In this document: one piece after another, positions 30,286 through 40,305 of the stretch
Position numbering within the stretch: position 1 is the stretch's first letter
How the letters are laid out: every line of letters begins with the position of its first letter
Assembly (NCBI GenBank): GCA_947311565.1
Contig: CAMZLH010000012.1
Location: 3,173-67,172 of the forward strand
Direction: 5' to 3'
Length of the DNA stretch: 64,000 nucleotides
DNA from: an uncultured Nitratifractor sp.
GTDB lineage: Bacteria; Campylobacterota; Campylobacteria; Campylobacterales; Sulfurovaceae
Translations under genes and position numbers: made by a program
The notes under the pieces: model-generated
Told to the model about the DNA's origin: nothing
The model's input: the letters and a program-made list of their open reading frames with translations, nothing else
Database searches by the model: none

Positions 30286-32254
30286 TACTCTCTATTTGTT
30301 CAATGGTTCTCTTTAATCCTTTTAGCGATGCTACAAACTCTTTAATATTCTCACCACTTACTTCGATATTATCCTCTTTTTGCATCTTATATAGTGTCTT
30401 TGACATAGAGTCTAATCTTAAGTTACTAGCAGCACCTTTTAGCATATGTCCAGTTGTTTTAATTGTTTTAATATCTCTCTTTTTATAGGCTTCTACTAGT
30501 ACAGGTAGATGCTCTTTAGATTGTGTGATAAAATCATTTATAAACTCTAGTATTAGTGGTTTTGGTAGATTTAACTCACTAGATGGTTTCTCTAAATCAA
30601 AATCAATATTTATACTCTCTATAACTTGTAGTAGCTGCTCAGCAGAGTCAATATCTATAGCTTTTGTAGGTATTATTGGTGGCTTTTTATCTTCAGTAGT
30701 TCTCTTCTCTTCTATATTAGTTATAGATCTAATTTGATCCTCAATTTCAGAATTTAATTTTGGAGTTTGAGTAGTTTTAATTTGATCAATTTCATCTTCT
30801 CTACTCTTAATAGTATCATAATTTATTGATTTATTTAATTTATTTTTTAATAGAGATTTAATTAAATTTATCTCTTTAACAACCTCTTCTTTGTTCTCCA
30901 ATTTTGTAATACTATCTAACTTTTTAGTTATAATATCTAGCGATAATAGACTACTTGCGTCAGACATCATCTCGACTGTTGCTTTATCTGCTTTTTTTAA
31001 CTCATTTTCATAGTTATCTAGCTCATCTAAATAGTTATCTAGAAGTAATCTGTAGCTATCTTCATCTATACTTAATTTATTTGCATTGTCACTAAAATTA
31101 ATATTATCAATTTGTTTCGTTGTTAGTTGAGAAAAGATATGACTCTTCTGCTTACTATTTTCTATATCATCACTCTGTGTAGTTTGTTCTTCGAGTATAT
31201 TTGTCACATTACTAGATGCAAGTTTCTCCATATCCTCTTTTTTAGAGGTAGTCTCTCTAAGAATCTCTAACTCTTGCTCCTCTAATGTTATATCAGTATT
31301 AGAAGTTATTAAGTCTAAATCACTATCTTTACTCTTCTTTGAACCCCAAGGAAATAATTTAGAGAGTTTTAATCCACCTTTTTTCTCTCTTTTCTCTTTA
31401 TCATCCATTAATATTTCTAGTTCATCAGAGATATCATCACTTTTGTTACTCTTTTTAAGATCACTATTAATATCTTCATGACTAGTTAATGATACTATTT
31501 CATCTACCTCTTTACCACTATTTTCTAATGATAAAGTAATATCTTCAGGTGTTGTATCTTGTAAGTTTGCACTATCTTTACTATTCTCTATATTTTTAAT
31601 TGACTCTATTAAATCTTGACTCTCTTTAGTTACTTTATTATCAACAACTTCATCTTCTGTAATTATTTTATCATCAATTATATCGTAATACTTAACAGTT
31701 ACTTTCTCTGTTTCTTGAGTCTCGTCTAGATGTAACTCTTGTGTTTTTGGTTTATGCTCTAAAGTAACTTCATCTTTAGGATTAATATCCTCTAACTCTT
31801 TAAGTAGTAGATCTTCAGTAGTAGAAGTTGTACTTTTTTCTTCAGCAGTTATCTCATCTTGTAGATGTAACTCTGGAAGGGTAGATTTATCTACATCTTC
31901 AGTAATCTCTTTTTTGGAGATATCTGGTATATCATAGTTAAAATCTCTCTTTTTAATAGTTCCTTCTTTAATTTTTTTAAGATACTCTATATTATCATCT
32001 TCTCTATTACTAGAACTACTGTTTGTATCTGATAATTTATATAGTTTTAAATTACCAAGTACAGATGATATATCTGTAGTAGTGTAGTAACTAGTTTTAT
32101 TATTTACTGTTAATGTAGATTCATTACTCTTAATTAATACTCTTTCATCTTTTATGGCATTAGATAAGTTGCATATATCGCTAGCGCCAACTGCTTTTAA
32201 AAATTTTTTACTTGATGCAACAATATAGTTGCTATCATTTGTAATAAAATACAT
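30269..32254 (-). CDS. Acidic low-complexity protein with a C-terminal Hpt phosphotransfer domain
   Basis: C-terminal TTGHMLKGAASNLRL (Hpt HxxKG motif). It overlaps the kinase start by 17 nt. Confidence 0.7.
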   Translation of the reverse strand: MYFITNDSNYIVASSKKFLKAVGASDICNLSNAIKDERVLIKSNESTLTVNNKTSYYTTTDISSVLGNLKLYKLSDTNSSSSNREDDNIEYLKKIKEGTIKKRDFNYDIPDISKKEITEDVDKSTLPELHLQDEITAEEKSTTSTTEDLLLKELEDINPKDEVTLEHKPKTQELHLDETQETEKVTVKYYDIIDDKIITEDEVVDNKVTKESQDLIESIKNIENSKDSANLQDTTPEDITLSLENSGKEVDEIVSLTSHEDINSDLKKSNKSDDISDELEILMDDKEKREKKGGLKLSKLFPWGSKKSKDSDLDLITSNTDITLEEQELEILRETTSKKEDMEKLASSNVTNILEEQTTQSDDIENSKQKSHIFSQLTTKQIDNINFSDNANKLSIDEDSYRLLLDNYLDELDNYENELKKADKATVEMMSDASSLLSLDIITKKLDSITKLENKEEVVKEINLIKSLLKNKLNKSINYDTIKSREDEIDQIKTTQTPKLNSEIEDQIRSITNIEEKRTTEDKKPPIIPTKAIDIDSAEQLLQVIESINIDFDLEKPSSELNLPKPLILEFINDFITQSKEHLPVLVEAYKKRDIKTIKTTGHMLKGAASNLRLDSMSKTLYKMQKEDNIEVSGENIKEFVASLKGLKRTIEQIESSDNEN

Positions 32255-32322
32255 AAATAATCCTTGATTTAGTCTAAAATAACTTTTTATTTATAATAAT
32301 ACAATAGTTATTAAAATTTGAT

Positions 32323-34149
32323 TTAATTTATGACACTTTTTACACTTTTAGGTTTTTTTAGTGCAAAAGCCACTTTTTTATTGGTAATTTGTGCAATTTC
32401 TTCATAGCTTGCACTCTCAATTGCCTCGAAAGTACCGAAGTAATTTAATAATTTTATTACAATTTGCTTTCCAATGCCTTTATGTTCATAAATAGTTAAA
32501 TTCATATCATTTTTTTGCTTTTTTTGTCTATGGTAGCTAATAGCAAATCTATGGGCTTCATCTCTTAATTTTTGTAAAAAATTGAGTCTTTTATCTGTGG
32601 TTTTAAGTTCAAATATCTCTCCGTTTTGTGTATAAATTATATCTCTTGCTGCTCCCTTTGCACGATGTGCTTTATTATCTAACTTCTCTTTTGCAATTGC
32701 TACTACATCTAAATTTACTTTAGCATTCTCTAAAATTTCAATGGCTAGTTTTAAAAGTGTTGCTCCTCCATCAATAAGCCAAAGATCAGGTGGAGATACT
32801 TTTTTAAAGCTTTGCACTCTTCTAGTTAGTGTCTCTCTCATTTGTGCATACTCATCTTTCGCTTCTAATTCATATTTTCGATAAGAGCTTTTATCAAACT
32901 TTTTACTATCCCAAACTATCATTGCACCTACTGTTGCTTCTCCCATCATATGAGAGTTATCAAAACACTCAACTCTATATGGTGCTAGCTCTAAAGATAA
33001 AAGCTCTTTAAGCTCATTTTCAATAGATATATCATCACTATTTTGATTTTGTTTAAGTAGCTCATTTATATTTTTTATAGCTAAATCTGTTAATTTTGCT
33101 TTATTACCCACTTTTGGGTATTGTAGATATATCTTTTTATCTGCTATTTTAGATATTACGTCAGCTATAAGCTCTCTATCTTCAAACTCATGTGCAACCA
33201 AAATAGTATTTAGATCTAGAGTAATTAAGTTTTTATAGTGATCTATTAGTGCTTGTTTATAAGCTTCATCTCTGTTAAAATTATCTATATTTTTAAATAG
33301 TTTATGTGTAGAAGATATAATTTTACCTTCACGCATAAATATTTTTACTAAGATTGCTCTGCTACTATTAGAGTCAATTGCAAATATATCATAATTTGCT
33401 CTACTTGCAATATCTATTGTAGATTTCATCTGAAGAGCTCTAATCTTCTCTATAGAGTCTCTTAAGTTTGCTGCCTCTTCAAAGCGTTCATTAGATGCAA
33501 GTTTTAACATTCTTTCACTCATTTTATCTATTAATACTTTTCTATTACTTATTGCATACTTTGCATCCTTTATAATTGTGGCATACTCTTTTTTTGATAT
33601 TTTACCTTCACATGGTGCTAAACACTTTTTAATTTCATAAAAAAGGCACGCCTTTTTACCATTTATGCAACTTTTTTTCTGTACTAGTGGAAAAAAATCA
33701 TAAATTGCATCTAAGAGAGCTTTTGCACCTGTTGGAAATGGTCCATAGTATTTAACTTTAGGAGATTTTACAACTTTTCTTGTTATCTCAAATCTTGGAA
33801 AATCTTGCATCTCATCTATATAAATATATGGGTAGGTTTTATCATCTCTAAGTAAAATATTATATTTTGGCTTAAGTTGCTTAATAAGAGAGTTTTCTAA
33901 AATTAGTGCATCCTCTTCGCTAGATACTACAATATAGTCTAAATATTTAGCTTCTGCTAACATTTTGCCTATTCTAGTTGTTGGTAGATGCTTTGCTCTA
34001 ATACATGGTGTTAGTAGCCAATAGCTTTTAACTCTATTAGATAAAACTTTCGCTTTACCTATATATAAAAGTTTTCCTTCTCTATTGAAATATTGGTAAA
34101 CACCTGCATTATTTGGTAGCTTTTTAATAATATCTTCTATCTTATGCAC
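32323..34149 (-). CDS. uvrC: Excinuclease ABC subunit C
   Basis: GIY-YIG N-terminus (GVYQYF..LYIGKA), a UVR domain, an Endo V-like nuclease region and a C-terminal HhH. Confidence 0.93.
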   Translation of the reverse strand: MHKIEDIIKKLPNNAGVYQYFNREGKLLYIGKAKVLSNRVKSYWLLTPCIRAKHLPTTRIGKMLAEAKYLDYIVVSSEEDALILENSLIKQLKPKYNILLRDDKTYPYIYIDEMQDFPRFEITRKVVKSPKVKYYGPFPTGAKALLDAIYDFFPLVQKKSCINGKKACLFYEIKKCLAPCEGKISKKEYATIIKDAKYAISNRKVLIDKMSERMLKLASNERFEEAANLRDSIEKIRALQMKSTIDIASRANYDIFAIDSNSSRAILVKIFMREGKIISSTHKLFKNIDNFNRDEAYKQALIDHYKNLITLDLNTILVAHEFEDRELIADVISKIADKKIYLQYPKVGNKAKLTDLAIKNINELLKQNQNSDDISIENELKELLSLELAPYRVECFDNSHMMGEATVGAMIVWDSKKFDKSSYRKYELEAKDEYAQMRETLTRRVQSFKKVSPPDLWLIDGGATLLKLAIEILENAKVNLDVVAIAKEKLDNKAHRAKGAARDIIYTQNGEIFELKTTDKRLNFLQKLRDEAHRFAISYHRQKKQKNDMNLTIYEHKGIGKQIVIKLLNYFGTFEAIESASYEEIAQITNKKVAFALKKPKSVKSVIN

Positions 34150-34594
34150 GGTTTTGCTCTATATTTTCTTTTATTCTTTTAAAAATCTCTAGCAGTTCAC
34201 TATTTTCTATATCTAATATAAAATCTCCTGTTGCTAATTCACTATATTTGGGGTCTGTATCTGTTACTATAACTGGTGCTGGTGTATGATATTTAGATAC
34301 AAAAAACTCTACTTGTTTTATATCTTTAAATATATCTCTACACTCATAATCAATTTTTATAATCTCTTTTAATAGACCTTTTACTAAATCTTTATTATAA
34401 TTAAGTTCCATTTTGTAACCAGGATGTGACAATCCACCAAAAAGTGTATTGTTTTTGATATAAAAAAAAGCAATTGCCTTTTGAAACCTAGGTGGTAAAA
34501 AGAGCATTAGCTTATTAAAACAGGAGTATTTATGTATAGATTTAAAATAGGGTCTACTCGTAACACTATTAAGAATTTCGTTAGCTTTTTTCAT
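34142..34594 (-). CDS. Hypothetical protein (possibly DUF721/DciA-like)
   Basis: 150 aa, overlaps the uvrC start by 8 nt. The resemblance to the DUF721 pattern is weak. Confidence 0.35.
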   Translation of the reverse strand: MKKANEILNSVTSRPYFKSIHKYSCFNKLMLFLPPRFQKAIAFFYIKNNTLFGGLSHPGYKMELNYNKDLVKGLLKEIIKIDYECRDIFKDIKQVEFFVSKYHTPAPVIVTDTDPKYSELATGDFILDIENSELLEIFKRIKENIEQNRA

Positions 34595-34693
34595 ATTGGA
34601 ATTATAGCATTATTTTTACTAAGTTTTAGCTTTAGTGGATGTGGGTATAAAACACCACCTAAATGGGTAGATAAAACTCTAAAGGTAAAATAG

Positions 34694-36154
34694 GTGTCTG
34701 CTTGTAAAAAATATGATACTATAGTAATAGGTGCAGGAATTGCTGGACTATATTTAGCTAATAAATTGCCAAAGAGTATGAATACAATAGTTCTATGTAA
34801 AGATATACCTTGGGAGTGTAATACATTTTATGCACAAGGTGGTATAGTAACAGCACTTGATGAAAATGATATTCCACTACATATAGAAGATACATTAAGT
34901 GCTGGAGCGTACCATAACAAGGTAGAAGCTGTAGAGGTTTTGTCTCGTGAATCTATAGAGGTTAGAGAAGATTTTGTAACTAGAGGAATGAAGTTTGATT
35001 TAGATAAAGATGGTAATTTGCTATATACAAAAGAGGCAGCACACTCTAGAAGTAGAATTTTACATGCTGGTGGTGATGCAACTGGTAGATATATGCATAA
35101 GTTTTTAATGGAGCAAAACCATCATAAATTGCAAAAAAACTCTTTAGTATATGATCTTTTAATAGAAGATGGAAGATGTTATGGTGTTAGGTTAATGGTA
35201 AATTATAAACCATATACGCTATATGCAAACTCTGTAGTAATTGCAAGTGGTGGTATAGGCTCTTTATATCAGTTTAATACAAACTCTAGAACAGTAAGTG
35301 CTGATATACATGGTATATGTGTAGAGAAAGGTATAGAGCTTAGAGATATGGAGTTTATGCAGTTTCATCCAACTGTATTTGTTAATACACCATTTGCTAG
35401 AAAACTTCTATTAACTGAAGCACTAAGAGGTGAGGGCGCTTGGATCGTTGATGATGAAGGAAATAGGTTTCTATTCGATTATGATGAGCGTGGAGAGTTA
35501 GCAAGTAGAGATATTGTATCTCGCTCTATATTTTTATATAAGAGAGAAAGAGGTAAAAAAGCATATTTAGACTTTAGTATGTTTGAGCCAAAGTGGTTTA
35601 AGCAGAGGTTCCCAAATATAGATAAAACTTTTGCAAATATAGGATACGATTTACCAAAAGATAGAGTAGAGATTTCACCAGCATTTCACTATGCAAATGG
35701 AGGAATTAGTTGTGATATAGATGGTAGAGTACCAGGTATTAAAGGTCTTTATGTAGTAGGAGAGGCTGCAAGAACAGGAGTACATGGTGCTAATAGACTT
35801 GCTTCTAACTCTTTATTAGAGGGTGCAGTGTTTGCTAAAAAATGTGCAGAGGCAATTGTAGAAGATGATAATCATATAGAAAAAGAGCCTAATTTTGAGA
35901 AAGATTACGATACACTTCTGCATCAAGAAAATGATAAAGAGTATAAGCATCAATTAAGAGGTATAATGTGGAAAGATGTAGGAATTGTCAGAACACAAAG
36001 CTCTTTATTAGAGGCTAAAAACTTTATATATGATACAAAGAGTAAAAACATAGGTAGGCTATTAGAGCTTAGATTAAACACAGCTGCAGAGATTGTAAGA
36101 GCAGCCTTAAGGCGTGAAGAGTCTTTAGGTTCGCACTATATAGAAAAAGATTAA
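34694..36154 (+). CDS. nadB: L-aspartate oxidase
   Basis: FAD motif IGAGIAGL, plus AQGGI, HPT and GE...TGVHGANRLASNSLLE motifs. Confidence 0.9.
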   Translation: MSACKKYDTIVIGAGIAGLYLANKLPKSMNTIVLCKDIPWECNTFYAQGGIVTALDENDIPLHIEDTLSAGAYHNKVEAVEVLSRESIEVREDFVTRGMKFDLDKDGNLLYTKEAAHSRSRILHAGGDATGRYMHKFLMEQNHHKLQKNSLVYDLLIEDGRCYGVRLMVNYKPYTLYANSVVIASGGIGSLYQFNTNSRTVSADIHGICVEKGIELRDMEFMQFHPTVFVNTPFARKLLLTEALRGEGAWIVDDEGNRFLFDYDERGELASRDIVSRSIFLYKRERGKKAYLDFSMFEPKWFKQRFPNIDKTFANIGYDLPKDRVEISPAFHYANGGISCDIDGRVPGIKGLYVVGEAARTGVHGANRLASNSLLEGAVFAKKCAEAIVEDDNHIEKEPNFEKDYDTLLHQENDKEYKHQLRGIMWKDVGIVRTQSSLLEAKNFIYDTKSKNIGRLLELRLNTAAEIVRAALRREESLGSHYIEKD

Positions 36155-36163
36155 AGGATATTA

Positions 36164-37705
36164 ATGAAGCATGTTCCAATAGTAGTTTTAGATTTTGGTT
36201 CGCAATATACGCAACTAATTGCAAGAAAGTTAAGAGAGAGTGGTGTATATACAGAAGTTGTTCCATATCGTGAAGATATAGAGGCTATTAAAGCAAGAAG
36301 CCCAAAAGGGATTATACTATCTGGAGGACCAGCATCTGTATATGCTGAAGATGCTTACCATCCAAGCGAAGAGATTTGGAATTTGGGCTTACCAATACTT
36401 GGAATTTGTTATGGAATGCAGCTAATTACTCAGCACTTTGGTGGAGAGGTAGTAGCAGCAGACCACCAAGAGTATGGAAAAGCAAAACTAAACATTACAG
36501 ATGAAAACTCACCAATTTTTAAAGATATTGCGCAAGATAGTATTGTCTGGATGAGCCATGGAGATAAGGCAGAAAGACTACCAGATAGCTTTAGAGTAGT
36601 TGCAACTAGCGAAAACTCACCATATGCTGCAATAGCAAATGAGGATAAAAATATATATGCATTTCAGTTTCACCCAGAGGTTCACCACTCGGTAGAGGGA
36701 ACAAAACTACTTAAAAACTTTGCTAAGCACATTTGTGGATGTGATAGCACTTGGAATATGGGAAGCTTTGCAAAAGAGAAGATTGCCGAAATTAAAAGCC
36801 AAGTTGGTGACAAAAAGGTTCTTTGTGGTGTAAGTGGCGGGGTAGATAGCTCTGTTGTTGCCGCAATGCTAAACGAAGCTTTACCAAAAGAGCAGTTAGT
36901 TTGTGTATTTGTTGATCAAGGATTATTAAGAAAAGATGAAGCAGGACAAGTACAAGATATGTTTAAACTGCTTGATATTCCACTAATTACAATAAACGCG
37001 CAAGATGAGTTTTTAAGTGCTTTAAAAGGCGTAACAGATCCAGAGAGAAAACGAAAGATTATAGGCGAAAAGTTTATAGAGGTTTTTGATAAAGAGGCGA
37101 ATAAACACACCGATGTAAGCTTTTTAGCGCAAGGAACACTATATACAGATGTAATAGAGTCAGTTTCGGTTAAAGGACCTAGCAAAACTATAAAATCGCA
37201 TCACAATGTTGGTGGGCTTCCAGATTGGATGACATTTGAGCTTGTAGAGCCACTAAGAGAGATATTTAAAGATGAGGTAAGAAAGCTAGGATTAGAGCTT
37301 GGCTTACCAAAACATATGATAGAGCGACACCCATTCCCAGGACCAGGACTTGCTATTAGAGTAATGGGCGAGGTTAACGATGAGGCTTTAAGGCTTCTTA
37401 GAGAGAGTGATGCAATTATGCAAGAGGAGCTAAGAGCAACAGGCTACTACACAAAGGTTTGGCAAGCATTTACAGTTCTTTTAAATGTACAATCTGTTGG
37501 TGTAATGGGAGATAACAGAACTTACGATAATACAGTTTGCGTTAGAATGGTAGAGTCAGTAGATGGTATGACAGCAACATTTGCGCATGTTCCGCATGAT
37601 GTATTAGAGAATATTAGCCGAAGAATAATAAACGAGATAGATGGAATTAACAGAGTAGTTTATGACATCTCAAGCAAACCACCAGCAACTATTGAGTGGG
37701 AGTAG
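36164..37705 (+). CDS. guaA: GMP synthase (glutamine-hydrolysing)
   Basis: GATase triad context GICYGMQ, PP-loop SGGVDSSV and the canonical C-terminal PPATIEWE. Confidence 0.97.
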   Translation: MKHVPIVVLDFGSQYTQLIARKLRESGVYTEVVPYREDIEAIKARSPKGIILSGGPASVYAEDAYHPSEEIWNLGLPILGICYGMQLITQHFGGEVVAADHQEYGKAKLNITDENSPIFKDIAQDSIVWMSHGDKAERLPDSFRVVATSENSPYAAIANEDKNIYAFQFHPEVHHSVEGTKLLKNFAKHICGCDSTWNMGSFAKEKIAEIKSQVGDKKVLCGVSGGVDSSVVAAMLNEALPKEQLVCVFVDQGLLRKDEAGQVQDMFKLLDIPLITINAQDEFLSALKGVTDPERKRKIIGEKFIEVFDKEANKHTDVSFLAQGTLYTDVIESVSVKGPSKTIKSHHNVGGLPDWMTFELVEPLREIFKDEVRKLGLELGLPKHMIERHPFPGPGLAIRVMGEVNDEALRLLRESDAIMQEELRATGYYTKVWQAFTVLLNVQSVGVMGDNRTYDNTVCVRMVESVDGMTATFAHVPHDVLENISRRIINEIDGINRVVYDISSKPPATIEWE

Positions 37706-37739
37706 AGTAGGGTGCAACAAGTTGCACCAGCAATAATCT

Positions 37740-37797
37740 TAAGGCTAAAAGCAGAAAGATTTTTATAAGGATGTTCGGCATTAGCCTTACTTTTTGC
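37740..37797 (+). terminator. Long-loop hairpin plus T-tract between guaA and the LysE-family gene
   Basis: taaggctaa (37740-37748) pairs with ttagcctta (37781-37789), followed by cTTTTTg. A tighter hairpin, ggtgcaac/gttgcacc, sits at 37711-37728. Confidence 0.4.
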
Positions 37798-37810
37798 AGA
37801 AGGAGAATAG

Positions 37811-38446
37811 ATGGATTTACATAATTATTTGGCTTATATTGTTATTACTATCATAACAATTACAAGCCCTGGAGCTGCTATATTGTTAGCAATCAGTAAT
37901 GGTATGAGATATAATTTTAAAGCCGTTGTTTTAGGAACATTAGCAAATGCATTGGGGTTGTTTATTTTATCTAGTGTAGCGTTTTTAGGTGTTGGTGCAG
38001 TTTTGAAAACATTCTCTTTTATGTTTATAATACTAAAGATAGCTGGAGCTTTGTATCTTATATATCTTGGCATAAAACTAATCTTAAAAAAAGAGTTAGA
38101 GTTGAATATTAATAAGGAAGCTAAACAAGAAGATATAAACTACTTAAAAGTAGCAAAAACAGCCTTTTTAGTAGCAGTTACCAACCCAAAACCAATACTC
38201 TTTTTTACTGCAGTATTTCCACTATTTATGTCTCCAAAATACTCTCTTGTAGGGCAGTTTTTTATAATGACAGGAACATTTTTGGCAATACCGATTGTAA
38301 GTTTAATAACTTATGGATATATTGCAAACAGATTTAAAAGCTACTTTAGCAGTGCAAAGAGCCTTACACTTTTTAATAAAGTTACAGGCTCTTTATTTGT
38401 TATAATGGGTTTAGCGATGGGACTATATAGTAAAAAGGCAAACTAA
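37811..38446 (+). CDS. LysE/RhtB-family amino-acid exporter
   Basis: About 210 aa with 6 TM helices. N-terminal ..ITSPGAA and a central NPKPILFF motif. Confidence 0.8.
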   Translation: MDLHNYLAYIVITIITITSPGAAILLAISNGMRYNFKAVVLGTLANALGLFILSSVAFLGVGAVLKTFSFMFIILKIAGALYLIYLGIKLILKKELELNINKEAKQEDINYLKVAKTAFLVAVTNPKPILFFTAVFPLFMSPKYSLVGQFFIMTGTFLAIPIVSLITYGYIANRFKSYFSSAKSLTLFNKVTGSLFVIMGLAMGLYSKKAN

Positions 38447-38455
38447 AGGAGTTCA

Positions 38456-38827
38456 ATGAACAGCACAAATAAACCAAAATTTAGTCTATTTAAAAATGTA
38501 ATGTATGCTCTAAATGGAGCAAGGTGGGTATTAAAAAGTGAGACATCTTTTAAGACGCAGCTTTTAGTAATTGTAATAATTGGAGTAGCACTATATTTTG
38601 TTAATATAAGTTTTCTAACTAAGTTAATTCTATTTTTTTCTACATGGCTTATACTAGTTGCCGAGGCTTTTAATAGTGCAATAGAGAGAGTAGTAGATTT
38701 AGTTACTAAAGATTACCATCAGTTAGCTAAAGAGGCAAAAGATATTGGATCTTTTGCAGTACTACTAACTTTTATATTTATAGCTTCTATTTGGGGAGTC
38801 ACAATATATATAGAGATTAACTCTTAG
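38456..38827 (+). CDS. dgkA: Diacylglycerol kinase (DgkA family)
   Basis: 123 aa with 3 TM helices and the E.FNSAIE motif. Confidence 0.8.
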   Translation: MNSTNKPKFSLFKNVMYALNGARWVLKSETSFKTQLLVIVIIGVALYFVNISFLTKLILFFSTWLILVAEAFNSAIERVVDLVTKDYHQLAKEAKDIGSFAVLLTFIFIASIWGVTIYIEINS

Positions 38828-38866
38828 TAGCATTGACATAAAGTTACTTATTTATCTATACAGAGC

Positions 38867-39760
38867 CTACTTAATAGCTTTAATATATACTCTTTTAGGT
38901 GCTGGATACCCCTCTACTGTAAGGTTAGGATCTGCTGGATTTAAAAAATCATTTAGACTTTGAGAATCTATCCAGTCAGTTTTTCTCTGCTCTGTTAGGT
39001 CAGTTTTTTTAATTTCTAACACCTCTATACTCTTAAAACCTGCCCTAAAGCACCAATTTTCTAAAGCACTTATAGTTGGAATAAAGTATATATTTGGAAT
39101 TTTAGAGTATCTAGCTTTTGGTGTTAAGCATATATCATCTTTTCCATCTATCATAAAAGTATCTAGAATTAGTTCGCCACCACTATTTAGTGATTTATAT
39201 AGAGATTTAAGAGAACCAACTGGGTCACTACGGTGGTATAGCACACCTAAACAGAAGATGGTATCAAATTTATACTCATAAAATTCAATATGCTCAATAC
39301 CTAGCATTTCATAAGTAATATCTGATTTTATAAATCTATCTATAAAATTAAACTGCAAATAGTTTAGTGCCGATGGATCAAAACCAACTATTTTTTTTGG
39401 TTTATGGTTTAACATTCTAAACATATAGTATCCATTATTGCATCCAACATCTGCTACTATTTTTCCTTTTAAATCAAAATAAGGCTCTAAAAGATTATAT
39501 TTTATAAAGCTTTTCCACTCACTATCTATATGTAAAGATCCAATTTTAAATGGACCTTTTCTCCATGGTTTCATTAATTTTGCACACTCTGTTATAGCTT
39601 CTATATTTTGATTATCTTTTACAACAATCTCTATATTATCGGAAAGTACTATATCTACTACATCATCTTGAGAGAGTGAGTCTAATGCTATTTTTATAGG
39701 AGTTATATTTTTCCAAGAGAGCCATTTTTGGCGCTCTTGTCGTAGGTTATCTAAGTTCAT
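38867..39760 (-). CDS. cmoB: tRNA U34 carboxymethyltransferase CmoB
   Basis: L.PWRKGPF..G..IDSEW.S and the SAM motif DVGCNNGYY. Confidence 0.85.
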   Translation of the reverse strand: MNLDNLRQERQKWLSWKNITPIKIALDSLSQDDVVDIVLSDNIEIVVKDNQNIEAITECAKLMKPWRKGPFKIGSLHIDSEWKSFIKYNLLEPYFDLKGKIVADVGCNNGYYMFRMLNHKPKKIVGFDPSALNYLQFNFIDRFIKSDITYEMLGIEHIEFYEYKFDTIFCLGVLYHRSDPVGSLKSLYKSLNSGGELILDTFMIDGKDDICLTPKARYSKIPNIYFIPTISALENWCFRAGFKSIEVLEIKKTDLTEQRKTDWIDSQSLNDFLNPADPNLTVEGYPAPKRVYIKAIK

Positions 39761-40279
39761 CTATTTTGTAATATAAGCTTTGTTAATTATAACTTTTTTA
39801 ACTGGTCTATCACCTGGTTTTACAGTCTCTACATGACTAATTTTATCTACAATCTTCTTACCTTTAATAACTTTTCCAAATATTGTGTAGTGACCATTTA
39901 ACCAAGGAGTAGATGCTACTGTAATAAAAAATTGGCTACCATTTGTATTTGGACCTCTATTTGCCATAGCGAGTAGATATGGCTGATCAAATACTAGGTT
40001 TGGAGCATACTCATTTTTAAACTCTTTATTCCATATAGAGCTTCCACCAGTTCCTGTACCAGTTGGATCACCACCTTGTATCATAAAGTTTTTTATTACT
40101 CTATGAAATATAATACCATCATAATATTTTTTTTCGGTTAACTTTGTAAAGTTTTCAACTGCTAATGGTGCAGCTTTTTTAAATAGTTTTAACTCTATTT
40201 TTCCATAGTTAGTATCTAGAATTATGTTTGAACTAGCAAGTGTAGCTAGAAGTGATAGTACAGTTATTACTCGTTTCAT
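39761..40279 (-). CDS. Cyclophilin-type peptidyl-prolyl cis-trans isomerase, secreted
   Basis: Signal peptide, then FHRVIKNFMIQGGDP and GSQFFI motifs. Confidence 0.9.
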   Translation of the reverse strand: MKRVITVLSLLATLASSNIILDTNYGKIELKLFKKAAPLAVENFTKLTEKKYYDGIIFHRVIKNFMIQGGDPTGTGTGGSSIWNKEFKNEYAPNLVFDQPYLLAMANRGPNTNGSQFFITVASTPWLNGHYTIFGKVIKGKKIVDKISHVETVKPGDRPVKKVIINKAYITK

Positions 40280-40305
40280 TCTTGTCCTTTAATTTAAATT
40301 TATTA

